Shown here: piece by piece, positions 26,366 through 40,200 of the stretch
How positions within the stretch are numbered: position 1 is the first letter of the stretch
Layout of the letters: the number at the start of each line of letters is the position of its first letter
Assembly: GCA_051294375.1 (NCBI GenBank)
Contig: CM119265.1
Span: 1,852,280-1,916,279, forward strand
Direction: 5' to 3'
DNA from: Paraspadella gotoi
Taxonomy: Eukaryota; Animalia; Chaetognatha
Length of the DNA: 64,000 bases
Notes under the pieces: model-generated
Told to the model about the DNA's origin: nothing
Seen by the model: only the letters and a program-made list of their open reading frames with translations
The model's database searches: none
Translations under genes and position numbers: made by a program

Positions 26366-27326
26366 GGCGATGATGGACGCCGTTTGATTTTTTAAATCCT
26401 CGTGCTAAAATCGAGTTTTTAGTTTCACTTTTTCTTTCAATCCGATTAAATATTCCCAATTTTTTTCTCTCGTTAATTTCTTCCCACCCGGACCGCGGAG
26501 AGAGCTCTGCGTAAAAACGAAAACTTAAAATAAACGAAAGAAAAAAAAAGACGCAACAAACGATTTGATTTTGGATTTTTTTTTTTATAAAAATATATAT
26601 AAACCAGTAAGATTGTTCCAAAGCTCACGAAGCGAGATAAGATCATCCGGATTATGAAAATACTTGGTATCACCGAAATGACGCATCATGGAAAATATAT
26701 GTAGTTTAATCTCCGATTACGTGAAAATCACAACCGACGGATAAAAAAAATATGTAAAAACTACATCCTGAATAATGGATAGAAAAACTAGGAAACTATA
26801 GACACTAAAGGACTAAGGGACACTAGAGGACTAAGGGACACTACGGATAAAAGGCACCGTTTCCAAATACAACGAAATGTTGCAAAGGCTTGGCTACAAA
26901 ATTAGGAATCAAAATTCGTTTGAAAGCTCTCGCAAACACAGAAAAAAGTGCTTGAAAAGGTAAATACTACATATTACATAAGAATATATAATGCTTTTTT
27001 GGATATGGTTATTTGAAAAAGTTCTCAAACTCAATACTGATTTTCAGTCGATGTTCGCCAGACAAATGAAAACAAAAAAAATTATCAGAGAAAATATGAT
27101 TCCGCGAAGTTGAGAAGAAACCCATTAAAAATAAAGGAGACGGTACAATGTAGATAGGATACAGACTAGATAGCATCGGGTAATACATAGATATGATGTA
27201 TAATCATAAGTACGATCCGCTTTCAACTGATTAAGCAACACAAGTTCCAGTTCACACAGCACGTATATCAACCACACAGCGACAGCGCCCGATAAGTTCC
27301 CGACCGAAAAAGAAAAAACCAAATGT

Positions 27327-30300
27327 TCACACATCCGTTGTTTCTCCGCGACAAAGCTGATTGGCTGCGCCGACCAAGCATCGCGTCGTCCTCTTCGTCG
27401 GATCCCCGGCGAAACGCGACTTTCTCCAACACGGCGCCAGGAGATCCGCGGGGATCTTCTTGCGCGCTCGTCTACACGCCAAGGAGACGATGGAGCCGAC
27501 GACGATGGCGACGACGACGGCGACGAGAGCGTACCAGAAGAAGGAGAGGCGGAAGAGGGGGAAGATGTAGTCTGGGGAGGAGGAGGAGGAGGAGGAGGAG
27601 GAGGGAGACGTCACGTTAAGTGAAGGAAAAGTCGACATCGTCGTCGTCGTCGTCGTCCAATTTGTCGGCGCCAAGGTGACGTTAATCAAGTGACAATCCT
27701 CGACCGAAGTTGGAATCGAGGCTGGTTTGTAATTCGACGCCAGGGCGCCGACTTTGATGATCAGGAGAATGAAGAAGGAAGCGAGAACGCCGACGAGGGC
27801 GCCGGTCTCCTCGATCCAAGGACAAAACACTCCCTGGGGAGAGAAAACAAAACACTCACTGGGGTGACAAAACAAAACACTGCCTGGGGCAAAAAACACA
27901 AAAATCCACAATCGATGATATTCCCTGGCTCTCACCTGCACAAAAAGCCCCAAGAGCGGACCTCCGCAAAGACCGAAAACCGTCAAAGCGAGGATGACCA
28001 CGGAGCTCCCAAAGTTGTCGACGAGGAAAGCGAGGCCAATAGTGAGGACGCCGAAAAGCGTTGCTAGGATACGGGAGATGCTCACCGTCAAGGAGTCGGT
28101 CAAGACGCGACCGACGAAATATTTCTGGGAGGAAATTAGGAATAGAATGAGATTTAATGAGAGAAAAGAAAAGAAAAAAAAAAAGAAAAGAAAAAGAAAA
28201 AGAAAAAAGAAAAAAGAAAAAAAAAAGAAAAAGAGAAGGTGGGGTTACTTGACTTTCTCAACTCATCCCTCACCTTGGCCAAGGGTTTGGTGAAGTCTTC
28301 GATGCAGATGGCGGCGAGGGAGTTGACGCCCGACGAGATGGTGGAGATTGAAGCGGAGAAGACGCAGGCGACGAAGAGGCCGGAGAGACCGGGGAGGAGG
28401 CGTCCAAGGGTGAGGGGGATCATCGCCGCCATCAGTTGGTCGGGCGACTTGAGGAGGTCGGCCTGATTGGTTGGGGTTGGAGGAGGATGGAGATTCGAAG
28501 AAAGGGAATAGGGAGGATCGAAAGTGAAACACTATCTCAGAACAAGAAAGATACTTCCATTTGTTAAGCTACAAAACGATCAAATATCTAAATATTAATT
28601 TGGAAATTAAATTGATATTAAATCCTATTAAAAGTATTTCTAAAATAATTAAATAAGACTCATTTGAAAACCATAATAAAAGATAATAGAAATGATCTAA
28701 ACTGCCACTATATGTAAATGAGATTGAACTCGATCTCATTGGAAACGAACCACAAATGACTCTGCTACAAACAGAGACGGGATGACCGAATTGATCCATC
28801 TTTTCAACTTAAATTCTCGTCATTTTTCGACCCTTTTACTCTCCATTCTGTTGGATTCAACCAAGATTACAATTTGTGCGACGATCACAGAGAACATTTT
28901 CCAATCAGGGATTCTTTCCTCAATACAAACCTTGATGGGATCGCAGCCTTGGAAAGTAGCGAAGATGACGAGACCCAAGAGGCCGGTGATGGTGACGATG
29001 AGGATGAGCAGCGGACAATTAAGATAAAGCGCGAGTTGAGCCTGACTCAGTTTGCGGAGAGAGAGATATCGTTGGACGAGGGTTTGGTTGGAGACGTAGA
29101 CCGTCAGGGCTGACGAGTGGCAGGGGGAGGTGGATCGAATAGCAATCGCCTCTCTTTCCTCTCAATTTCATCTCTTGACTTTAAATTTTATTACAATTTT
29201 TTTTCTCTTGCCCGAATCTCGTTTCTCTCATCCAAATCTCTATTAACTCGCTTATTTCTTTTTACTGTGACCCAAATATCTTCTCTGAAAAAAATCTCTT
29301 TTCCCTTTTACCCAAATCTTTTTTTTTTAATCAAAAACTTTCCTCTGGCCCAAATCACTTTTCCATCGTCCAAATCTTTTTCCTCTGTCCCAAATCTCAC
29401 CCGTAAAAGCCCCGCCAATGATCGCCGACCAGAGGGTGTACTCGACGGTGGGATCGGGATCAAAGACGTCGGCGTTGAGGCGCGACCCGTTGGCCGCTGC
29501 GGCGAAGACCACCTCGATCCCGCCCACTTGCGCCACGCCCACCACGAGCATCGTCAAGAGCCCCGCGTAGACGACGATCATCTGGAAGACGTCCGTCCAC
29601 ACCACGGCCTTGAGTCCGCCCATGACCGTGTAGGCCGTACAAACGACCCCCGTGGCCAAGACGGAGACCCAGGCCTTGATGCCCGTGACGCCCTGAAGGG
29701 CGATGGCCGGCGCGTAAAGAACGACCGCCATGTAGAAGAGCATTTGAATGACAAAGATGATAGAGGCGGCGAGACGGACGGAGAAGGAGAAGCGGAGCCT
29801 GAACGTTGGAGGCGGGGGGGGGGGAAAGAAGAGGTAAGACGTCAGCCAAATTTAAGCTTTAAAGGAATCATTTTATGAATTAAAAAGCTTAAGTAAAAGA
29901 GGGAAAACCTAAAAGTAAACCACAAATTAAAAGATGACACGATTTTATGATATTTTAAAAAATTACTACAATATGCAATTGAGATTAACAAGCCTCATCT
30001 TATTTTATGCATTTTTGTAGTTCTAAGTGCGAAGAAATATGAGTTAAAACCTGTAAATATTCATAGACGGACGTAAGTTGGAGATCGTGAAAAATGGGGA
30101 TAAAGAGATGCGCGGCGAAGGGGATGGAGATTAAATTGTGAAGGCAGAAGAACCAATAGATGATCCCGGATTGGTAGATGACTCCTGAGAAGTATGCCAT
30201 CGAGATATGACAACAAATTCGCTAAGTTAATCGAAATACATTATCAAAATCTCATATTATAAATTAAAAATTATAAACCCGAGACCACCTCACCGGGAGT

Positions 30301-30654
30301 TCCCATGACCGTATTGGCGGAGAGGAAGGAGGCCAGAATGGAGAGTGAAACTGGCAGCATCGGCATGTTCCGGTTGCCCAAGAGAAATTCGTTGGTCTTT
30401 CCGGCGGATTTTGCCGCGGCGGCCTTTTCTCGTCCGGCGTCGTCGTCGTCATCGTCGTCTTCGACTCGAAGGGAACGAAGCTTTCCGCTCTTTCGTATTT
30501 CGTCGTCGTCGTCCTCGTCGTTGGCGGCGACTTTGCGGCGAAAAGATTTGACGGCGAAGAAGACGCCGATGAAGAGGGAAATGAGGAGGAAGAGGAGGAA
30601 GACGCAGTAGTCGGCCGGAGTGAATTGAGATTCCGTCGAAAGGGAAGTCGGCAT
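27327..30654 (-). CDS. Sodium:solute symporter, SLC5A6/A8/A12-like (SMVT/SMCT); multi-exon
   Basis: DYCVF, EFLLGNRNMP..PVSLSILASFLSA, TSVYEYL, YMAVVLYAPAIAL, GGLKAVVWTDVFQ, ASISTISSGVNSLAA, GGPLLGLF. Confidence 0.88.
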
Positions 30655-30964
30655 GATGAGAGGAAAAGGAATGTGAGGACGGAAAACCTCGATCAAAGGT
30701 TGAGGCGGGAAAAGGAGGCTTTTTGTTTTGTTTTTTGTTTTTTGGTGTTTTCTTTCTTTTTTGGGGGGGTGGGCAGTTGGGGGACTTTAGGGAGAAAATG
30801 GGGGTTGGCAGCTGAAAAAAAAAGCAGACATCCGTTGAGTAAAATCTCAAACCAATTATAAAATATTTCAATCATAAATTAGAATCGAATTCGTGATTAA
30901 TAAATTGTAAAATTGAATGACGGTCATGGTTCCAATGTCTCGCTCTCTCTCTCTTTCTTTCTCT

Positions 30965-31732
30965 CTACCACGGCAAAATCCGTCCCGACTCGTGATAATC
31001 GTAGTCGTGATATTTCCCCGTTTCGACCGACTCTAGCGTGGCGAGAATGTGTCGCACGCTCTCGTCGACGGAGAGATTGGCGGTGGAGAATCCCATCCTC
31101 GTCTTGACGGCGCCGGGCGTCACGCAAGTCACGAGAATCCCGTCCGCCGCGAATTCCACCGAGAGATTCTTGGCGATCATGTTGAGAGCCGCCTTGGAGG
31201 CCTTGTAGGCGCAGGTGGACAAGGATCTCGGCTCAGTGGTGTTGGCGATGGAGGCCAAACGTCCCGTGATCATAACGATAGCCGCGCGAGACACGCCTAC
31301 TTGGGAACTTCCGTTTTCGACGGAGGAATCCGCGGCAAACTTCAAGAGATCGCGGAACTTGGTCGAGATCATCAAAGGCCCAGCGGCGTTGACCCGGAAA
31401 CACTCGTAGACGGACTCAAAGCCGAAATCGGTGTCGGCGGGAAAGACGCCGGCGTTGTTGATCAAAAGATTCAAGCCGGAGGGAGAGAGGCGCCGGATCT
31501 CCTCGTGAACAGCATCGATCGTCGACTCGATCGTCACGTCCATTCGTCGAACAAGAATCTTGGGACAATCTCCCTCTCCGCCGACCAAAGAGTTGAGCTC
31601 GACGGCGGAGGCGGGATCTCGACAAGTGGCGACGATGAGGCGAGGGCGAGGATCGGCATCTGTCAATTGGCGAACGAGTTCGAGGCCGATGCCGCGATTG
31701 GCGCCGGTAACGAGAATGGCGGAAGCAACCAT
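30965..31732 (-). CDS. Short-chain dehydrogenase/reductase, C-factor/sniffer-like; intronless
   Basis: TGANRGIGLELVRQL, LLINNAG, catalytic YKASK. Confidence 0.9.
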   Translation of the reverse strand: MVASAILVTGANRGIGLELVRQLTDADPRPRLIVATCRDPASAVELNSLVGGEGDCPKILVRRMDVTIESTIDAVHEEIRRLSPSGLNLLINNAGVFPADTDFGFESVYECFRVNAAGPLMISTKFRDLLKFAADSSVENGSSQVGVSRAAIVMITGRLASIANTTEPRSLSTCAYKASKAALNMIAKNLSVEFAADGILVTCVTPGAVKTRMGFSTANLSVDESVRHILATLESVETGKYHDYDYHESGRILPW

Positions 31733-33126
31733 CTTGAAAACGATGAGACCAACGTGACTCTATAACGCTTTTTACTCTCCGTCGGTCCAGGGATAATATT
31801 ATAAAAAACCCGTTATGGAAAAAATGACACCCGCCCTTTATTGAAAAAAAAAAAGAGCAATGAAAAAGAGGAAATTGTTTGTTCTTACTTCTTAGGGATA
31901 AGTGCAAAAAAAATGAGGGAAAAGAAAGATGTTTTGAAGTGAAATCGCGAAAGGCGTTTGAAAAAAAAAAAACATTTGCAAACATTCGCGAAACAATATT
32001 ATCAACTAGAGCCAATGTTTCAATCGGAACCCGAATCGGTGAAACGTTGCGTGAATCGGTGAGAAAAGAGCCGAATCCCCGTTCGTTGAATACTATGTAT
32101 GTAGTAGTCGAGTTGGAATCATCTCCATCGGCGACCGTGAATCAATTGTTTTTCACCTACAAAAATAATCTCAAGCTTAACAAGGCGCGTGAGGCGAAAC
32201 GTGAAAATATTTTCAACGCGCGACGGGGTTTTAACCGCAAACCATTAACTAAACGAAATTGAGAAGAAAAAATTCGGGTGATGAAAAGTAAATAGAGGAA
32301 AAAATTCTTAAAAGTATAGTGATATCGCCAGACGTTACTATCAAAGAAAATTAATGAAAAAATTCGGAAAAAAAAACCGAATGATTGATGCGATAACGAA
32401 TTATTGATGTAATAATAATTGATTGATTAAATAATAATTGATTGATTGATGAAATAATAATTAATTATTGATTCAATAATAACCAAATATTGATACAATG
32501 ATAACCAAATGATGGATGCGATGATAGTCATTCATTGATGCAATAATTATAATTCATCGTAAATAAAAAAAAACAAATGCGTGTATGAGTGAGAGAGAGA
32601 GATAAAAAGATAGAAGCTGGACAGCCGCTGCAGAGCGAACTCGTTTTTAAACGAATCAGAAGAAGCTGCGACGAAAAAAAAAAATGAGAGCAACATATAA
32701 TTAAAAGAGAAAAAGAAATTGAGAGAAACTATTTTCAATGCTAAAACAGCGTGACGACGACGACGGTCAAAAAAACGGAAACGAATTAACATCTTGCCCG
32801 TCTGGCGAGATAAAAATTGTTTTTATTTGAAACAAAAACGATAAAACGTTCGGAAATATTGCTGTGGAGTTTATGAGCCGATGAGAGAAATAGAGAAGTA
32901 ATATATGAACCCACTGATCGGTATTCACGAGTCAAACAATTAAGTGCGGCGACTGACCGAGCGGAATTTCCAGTCTCAAGATGAACGATGATAACAGTCA
33001 AAATCCCACAATACGACGATACCGAAAAAAACAATGTTTCCGACCACAATAAAGATTCGGGGAAAAGATGGAGAGGGTGGGGAGGGGGGGAAGAGAGACA
33101 GAGAGAGAGACGAAAAGGTCCTTCCG

Positions 33127-33624
33127 TCACCCAAAGTTGTAAACGGATAAGAGTTTGTCCGACAGCAGCGCCAGGCGATCGGGTTCGCCGCGCCGCCGCG
33201 CCGGCAGATGGCAGACGTCGACGACGCACGAGTTGACGCGAATCGTCTGCGCGCGGTCGCCGGTGATGCCGTCCCACAAGAAGACGCTCTTGGACTCTTC
33301 GTCGCCGGAGCAGACGATTGCTCGGCGATCGGAGGAGGAGGGGGAAGAGGATGAGGAGCGAAGGAAGAGGGTCGATTTGGCGAGGAGTTTTTGAGAGGCT
33401 CCGCCTTCGAATACCTACGGAGATGAGGGATGATTAAAGGAGGAAGATAATTTGAATTTGACAATAATTAATTTGAATACAAAATTTGTTTTAAGAATAC
33501 AATATCAATTTGAATTTTACAATAATCAATAATGAACGCGCACGGCAGACATTTTTTAATCTCTCTCACATTCTCTCTTCGTTAATTTTCAATCTCTCTC
33601 TCGCACAATTTCTGTTTAAACTTC

Positions 33625-33664
<40 letters not shown>

Positions 33665-36600
33665 TCTCTCTCCATCTCCTCACCTTCATATCCAAACACG
33701 TAAGGGCTCCGTCGCCTCCGCATCCCAGCTTCGCCACCACGTGCCTCACCCTCGGATATTTCCCGTTGGGTCGAAACGAGGCCAAGATGCTTCGCGTGGA
33801 TTCGTCGAAGGAGAGACTCACCAAACTTCCCTCTAGCGGCAGAGGGTGAGGCCTCCAACTCTTCGTCCACCTAACGACGTCGCTGGCGACGTTGACGGAC
33901 GGTTCCGTCTCTTCGTAGAAGAAGCATTTCCCGTCGAGATGCCCGACGAGGAGGCCCTTGGCCTTGAAGGGATGTTGCGGCGCCGGCGGTACGGAATGGA
34001 GGGCGACGACGGGCGTGCGGGAGGCGCCGGATGGACCGAGCCCGGCGTAGTTCTCCGTGGGGTTGGCGTGGTCTTGAGGGCGTCGAGTGTCGTAGATATG
34101 AACGACGCCCGAATCGAGACCCACGTAAAAGACGCTCTCGTCGACGGCGTCCCAGGCGCTGGACCAGAGGGCGCGAGAGGATGAATAGGCGGCGACGGGA
34201 TTTCCGGAAGAGAGAGACGTGAGTTTGATCTGTTTGTCGAGTCCGACGCTGAGGAGTTGACTCGAGTCTTTGTTGATGGAAAGGCACTGAGAGAGAAGAG
34301 GGGGGGGGCAGGGAAGGGGCGCGTCATCTTTATTGAAATTCTAAAATGTTTGTTTTTAAAAGTAAAAGAGTAAATTTTTGCAAGAGAGATTAAAAAATGA
34401 TTGAAATTGCCTTTTGGGAGAAGAGAATAACCTTTAAGTTTAAGCTAATTTATCGATTCAAATTGTATTTAATTTATAAATGGAGGCCTTAAATCATCAA
34501 GGGCAAAATGGCTTTTTTATGTTTTGAAAGGATAATTTTTCCTATTAGTTGTACCACTTTCATCGTCATTGTACCTTAATAGTTTTCGAGTGCAGAGCGA
34601 CGAACTTTTGCCTGGAAAAGTCGCTCTGAATGAGTTGGACTCCGAATCCAGGAAAGAGCGGATTGTTCTGTTGCCTGGAGACGACGAGGCATTCGGCGCG
34701 ACGAGCAAACTCCACCAGGCGACACCCACCGTCGCCGACCGTTTGGTGACGCCAGAGAGAGTAAGTGCCGGACGAGGGGGCGTTCCCGGCGCCGGTAACG
34801 CCGATTGAAGAAACGTTGGAGCCCCCGACGGCCCCGCCGCGCAGGACGGCGTCTTCCAAAGCTCGACGGAGTCCGTCCTTTTCGGAGCGAAGTAGTTCGA
34901 GACTCACGCGAAGATCCGAGATGGTCTTCTCCGCCTCGACTCGCCTCGTCTTCTCCCGCTCCAACTGCTCCAAGGCTCGATCCCTCTCCGAAGTGTCGAT
35001 GGCCACCAACTTTTTGCAGAAGATGACCCGCACGTCTTTTGACTTGGCCGGCTCGTTACATTGTGGACACTTGCTGCCGGAGCCGCTGAGCCATTTGGTG
35101 ATGCAGGATTTGCCGAAAAGGTGACCGCATTTGAGGGAGGCGATGCGGTGCTCTCCTGAACGAATGAAGGAAAGAAAATGTTTATGTGTTTGAATTCCTT
35201 AATCTCATTTGCATATTGTAGCAGTTTAGACATTATCAAGTATTATAGAGCTTCTACCCATTTATATCATCAAAATTATATGCCTCACCAAAAAAAAAAA
35301 TTTAAAAATCGTTCTCTATGGCAACGGGAAGATTGCCTGTGATACCCGAGGCGCGGGGTATCTCACCAACAGGGGTAGGGGCTGCGGACCTTCAGTGACC
35401 GCCTCCTGTCATCGGCTCGGTCACATTTAAGCCAGAACCGGGAATTTTATTAATTTGAAAAAAAACCGGGATACCCAAGGATTGAACCCGGGACGCACGG
35501 TTGAAACCGAGATGATTTAGCCTGCTCAGCCATTGAGACGAGGCTGAGGACGGACAGCGGGGAGGTTGCTTTAAGTCGTGATACCATACCTCGTCATTTC
35601 TCACAATCATCCAACAACAACATTTAACAATCATCATCATCAAACCTGAATTGGACCAAGACTCGAAGCAAATGGTGCACACTTTTCCGTCGTCGTCGTC
35701 GTCTTCTTCTCCGTTGATCTGAATTTTGTTCGGCGTCGCGTCGTCGGCGTCGTCTTCTCGCTTTCGCTTTCGACTCGGCGACTCTTGGGCCAAAGCAACA
35801 GCAGCAGCCGCCGTCGACGCTGCAGACGCCTCGGACGCGGCGGTTAATCTGGAGGATCCGGCCGAGGAGGACGATTCGCCGCCGGAAGCGGCGTCGGCGG
35901 ATCCGCCGTCGTTGAGCGGCGTGAAGTGACGCCGCAATTGTGACAACAACTGCTCGTTGACGGAAGAGGCGTCGTCGTCGCGGTCGTCGTCGTCGTCGGT
36001 GGTGAGGGCGCTGGCGGTTGACGCCGAGGAAGACTCGTCACCGTCAAGTTGTGGGGCGCCTCTGATAATTATAATATTTATGAAATATAATAAATGCTAA
36101 CTTTTTAAACCATTGTTCTCGCGAATCAAAAGGACCCACTCACCCTGCCCTGTCGTTGTTGTTGTTATTCCTCGCTCTCCTTCGTCTCAGCGAAAATCGA
36201 GTCGCCCCCGAGAGTTGAGAGTCGTCGTCGTTGTCGTCGTCGTTGTCGTTGTCGGAAATGACGATGACTTCTTCCTCGTCGTCGCTGTTGACGCGTGACC
36301 CGTCGTCAGTCTCCGAGACGCGCGTCTCCGCCTCGCTGACGGACATGGCCGTCTCCGTGTCGCTCCCGTCGCTAGCGAAGACGTCGCGGTCGGAGTCCAA
36401 GGGCTCGTCGCGGTCAGTATCCCCAGCGTAGTTGTTGTCGGAGTCCCCTGGGTCGTGGTCGGAGTCACGGGCGTTCTCGCGGTCAGAGTCCTCGGCATCA
36501 TCGTGGTTAGAATCGTAAACGTGAGTCTCAGCGGAGTCGGAGTCGCCGATGTCGTTGTCGGAGTTGTCGCGGTCAGAGTCCCCATCGTCCTCGTGGTCGG

Positions 36601-36685
36601 AATCGTAGACGTGAGTCTCGGCGTCGGAACTGGACTCATCCTCGTTGCGCAAAGTGGAGGCGTTGGAACTCTCAGAGTCGGACAT
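33127..36685 (-). CDS. RFWD3: E3 ubiquitin ligase RFWD3 (FANCW): acidic N-terminus, RING, coiled coil, WD40; multi-exon
   Basis: CTICFESWSNSG-EHR.ASLKCGHLFG..CITKWL...CPQCN, IDTSE..R....LERE.., C.WD....VFYVGL..G.V.IYDTR, last exon SGDEESKS..LWD ending at TGA 33129-33127. Confidence 0.9.
35317..35588 (-). mobile_element. Structured small element, subfamily B, in an RFWD3 intron
   Basis: Close reverse-complement copy of 20188-20444; flanks TCTC/CCTC (TSD with one mismatch). Confidence 0.82.
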
Positions 36686-37253
36686 GGCGGAGGGGCGGGT
36701 CGGAACCGGTCATCGCGAGGCAGAAGAGAGAGATCCTTGGTTGTCGTTCACTGATGGAATCGCGTGGAATTTCGAGTCAAATTAGTTTTTTCTTTTAAGT
36801 TTTGATGATTGGCTGAAACGAATTAATCGAACGAGTCGCTTATAATAATTAATTTATTTAATTTATAAAGGTGAAAACGAAAACACGAAAAAAAATTATT
36901 AACAACTAAGCAGGGCGATGCCTGAAAAAATTAAATGTCACAAAAGACAAGTTGACAAAAAAATATTTATTAATTACGTTTTTTGTAAACCGTCATCGCA
37001 GAGGAATCAAGACTGTAGAATCGAAATCGAGTGATGTAATAAATATTAAAAGTAACTTTGTAAAAAAACAACCCAAAAAAAATATGGGAAAAAAAATCGA
37101 ATGTACTGGAATAACCCTTTCCGGGGTTTTAAGTGTTCCAAGCAAAAAATAAAATAATATTAATAATAATAACTTTGTCTAATGAGTAATGAGATGAATT
37201 GACTCAAAGTCTCAATTGGCTTCACACTACAAATCTCCCCCCCCCTTTCTTCG

Positions 37254-40200
37254 TCAAATGAGCGCAATCTTCGCGGGTCGAATGTCGGAGACGAAGACTC
37301 GACAACCTCGTCCGTGAAGCTCCAGTTCGAAGAGTTCGTCGAAACGAGATCCGCAGCCGCAGACGAAAGAATCGGGGACGTAGGAGCGGACAGCGTCCAG
37401 GGGCGGCTCCGACGCGTTCGATGCTGCCGCCGCCGCGGCGGACGACGACTCGAAAATTCCCCGACGACTTATTCTCCCCAGTTTTTTATCATCCCGAATA
37501 TCCTTGACCTCGTTGCCCTCAAAGGCAGCAGATAGCCCGCAGGGAACGGGATAAGTGACGCCTTCCCTGTATCTCCTCGCGAGGCTGGCGAAGGAGAGAG
37601 AAGCCGTGGTGGAAATCGGGTGAGGAAGAACCGCGTCCGCTTCCTTCGCCTCCAGACAATCGCGGGCGGACGCCAGCAGCTGCGCCACCGACGAAGCATT
37701 GGCCGGAGTCAGCGGCGCCAGCGTCGGGGTCAGCGGCGCCAACGTGGGATCGGGAAAGACGGCGATAGGCGGCGGAGGAAGCGTCGGTGGCGGCGGATCG
37801 TTGGGAGGTGGAGGTGGGGGGGTGGAATCTCGATGTCGATGGCGACGACGACGACGACGATTAGAAATATAAGGAAGATTGGAAGGAAGGAGGGAAGAAG
37901 CTAGAAGGGGAAAAGACCATGACTTACAATTTAATGAATCGACAAAATCTTTTATCTACTTTGTTTGTTTTTTTGTTTGTTTAATTCTCCCTACCTTCGG
38001 CTTCGCTAGAATGATTGGTGACGAGATGAACGGCGTTGTTGGCGACGGCGGCGCATAAGAGTTGGGCGGTGCTTCGGTGCGCAGTTTCGTCGGGGAGAAG
38101 ATTCGACGATTTTGCCTTAAAAAACATTTATAAACATATATGTATATAATAAAAAATGGTTCGTATCACTTCTCGTCAAAATAATATTCAATGCTATGTT
38201 ATCTTGAAAGAGGGAGAGAGGCCTCCACCCAGCGAAGTCGAGATATTTTATTTATTAAATATATGCATAATTTTTTACTTTTTGTTTGTACCAATTCAAT
38301 AAATAAACAGGACGGGGGAAGAATGAAAAAGGTGAGACGACGCGCACATTAACTCACCTTTTTCTTCTTCCTCTTTTTCCTCCCGAAGAGAGCATCCTCG
38401 TCCAACACCACGCAATCGTCGAGACCCGGATGTCGAGACCTCTGATGATCGGCGAGGTGCGCCTCTGTCTCGAACAGCTCGTCGCAGACTGTGCAGAGGA
38501 AGCGGCGCTCGAAGGCGGAGGCGACCTCGGCGGCGGGGATCGAGTGTTTCGTCACAAGGTGATACTCGATGAGGTTGCGGTGACCGTAGCGCTGTGAAGA
38601 TAAGGGGGGGGGTAAAGATGAAGATTTATACAAACCAAAAAGAAAACGGACCTTACCTAATTCAAATTCCTTCCACACCCACTAACCTGCCCGCAGCGAC
38701 GGCATTGATAGAGAGCCAATTTGCTCGACAGGGCCCATTTGTCTTCGCTCTCTGGATCCGCGGCGTCATTAGCGCCGGTCGTTTTAGCAGCGGCGTCAAT
38801 CGAGGTGACATTCACTGCGGAAGAGTTTTTAGACGTTGCCTCTTTCGCAACGTAATCAATCGATGCGGCGCCCTTTGCGGCGTCTTCGATCGACGCCGCG
38901 TCTTTCAACGCGGCATCGTCAGTACCGGCGTCTTTTCGCTCGGTACAAACGCCGGCGACGAATTGGCGAGGAAAAACTTCGGGATAAGGATCCTGCGCAA
39001 TAAAACACAATCGCCTTCGCTTATCGAACATTTCTAAGAAAAGCTCCAATTTACCACGAGTTCTTCCCGCCGCGGAGTCGATTCGCCGCTGTCGACGTCG
39101 TTCACTCCGACGGTCGAGTCTTTCCAGAGATCCTCCGATCCGGAAGCCGGGCGTGGAGACGACCCGCTCGACGATCCGGCCGAGGATTTAACCGATTCCC
39201 GGCCGGCTTCTCCGCCGGAACTCTGGCGACGAAACTTTTCCGGTGCGAAGATCTTCGCGCCGAGATCCTTCATGCCGATTGTGGGCGCGTCAGGTATAGG
39301 AAGAGGAGTCTGACGCGAAAATGTTAAAGTGTAGTCTAATAAAATACACATTGGAAAAGTAGTATACCTTACATCGTTCACATTTCACAAAGCGAACCTG
39401 GTCAACAGACTTTTTCTTCCTAGATGATTTAACGACGGCGACATTCGAGAGAGACTTTTGTTTTTCCATTGGCGAGATTGCTCTCCCCCAAACCTCCGCG
39501 GCGACGCATCTACCCGATTTCTCTTCTACGTCTTCCGGCGCGCCATCCGCTAATAGGCTCTGACTTTCCGGCGTATCGGCGGGCGGCGTTTCGACCGGAA
39601 GGAATCCGCTGGGTCGACGGACTTTTATCCGTACGATTTGGCCGCCGGAAGATCGAGCTCTGTGCCTTCAGAAAAGCGATTTGAAGCAAGGATGAAGAGG
39701 AATTGTAATAATACTGCGGCGAGACAAACCTTGAAGGATTTGCTTCTATCTCTTCTTCGGTCAACGGGCGCACGGAGGCGACTTCCGGTCCGTTGGGGGT
39801 CTTGAAGGAGATGCGACTCTTGTGAATCATGTAATAGTGATCCCTGAAAAAAAAANNNNNNNNNNGAATCATGTAATAGTGATCCCTGAAAAAAAAGAAA
39901 AAAAAGACTTAATCGAGTAAAAAGAAAAAAAAACCTAATAAGGAAGACCTAATTCCTAACCTGATGTGCCCGTCGGACGTGCAGACTTTCGGGCAGAGCG
40001 TGCACCGGAACTCGACCTTCTCGTGCACGCTCATTAGATGTCGCACGAGGTCGCATCGGGCGAAGTAGCATTTGCCGCAAATCTCGCACTTGTGGTTGCG
40101 GAGGTAGCGGTGGACCAAATCAACGTGGTTCTGGGGATTTAAAAGTTTAGGTAAAGGACAATATTTAGTACATATGTAAATATGTAGTACATATTATGTA

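Noticed and set aside
26358-26371. X-box-like GTTGCCATGGCGAT
   Set aside because: It overlaps the UBE2S start codon and Kozak context, and can be explained by that alone.
26795-26845. Short tandem repeats (ACTAAGGGAC-like; also 7997-8058 and 47727-47765) as CRISPR-like or telomeric arrays
   Set aside because: No unique spacers, few units and a eukaryotic context; ordinary minisatellites.
39825-39900. Direct repeat around 39856
   Set aside because: It flanks an N-gap and is most likely a scaffolding overlap artifact.
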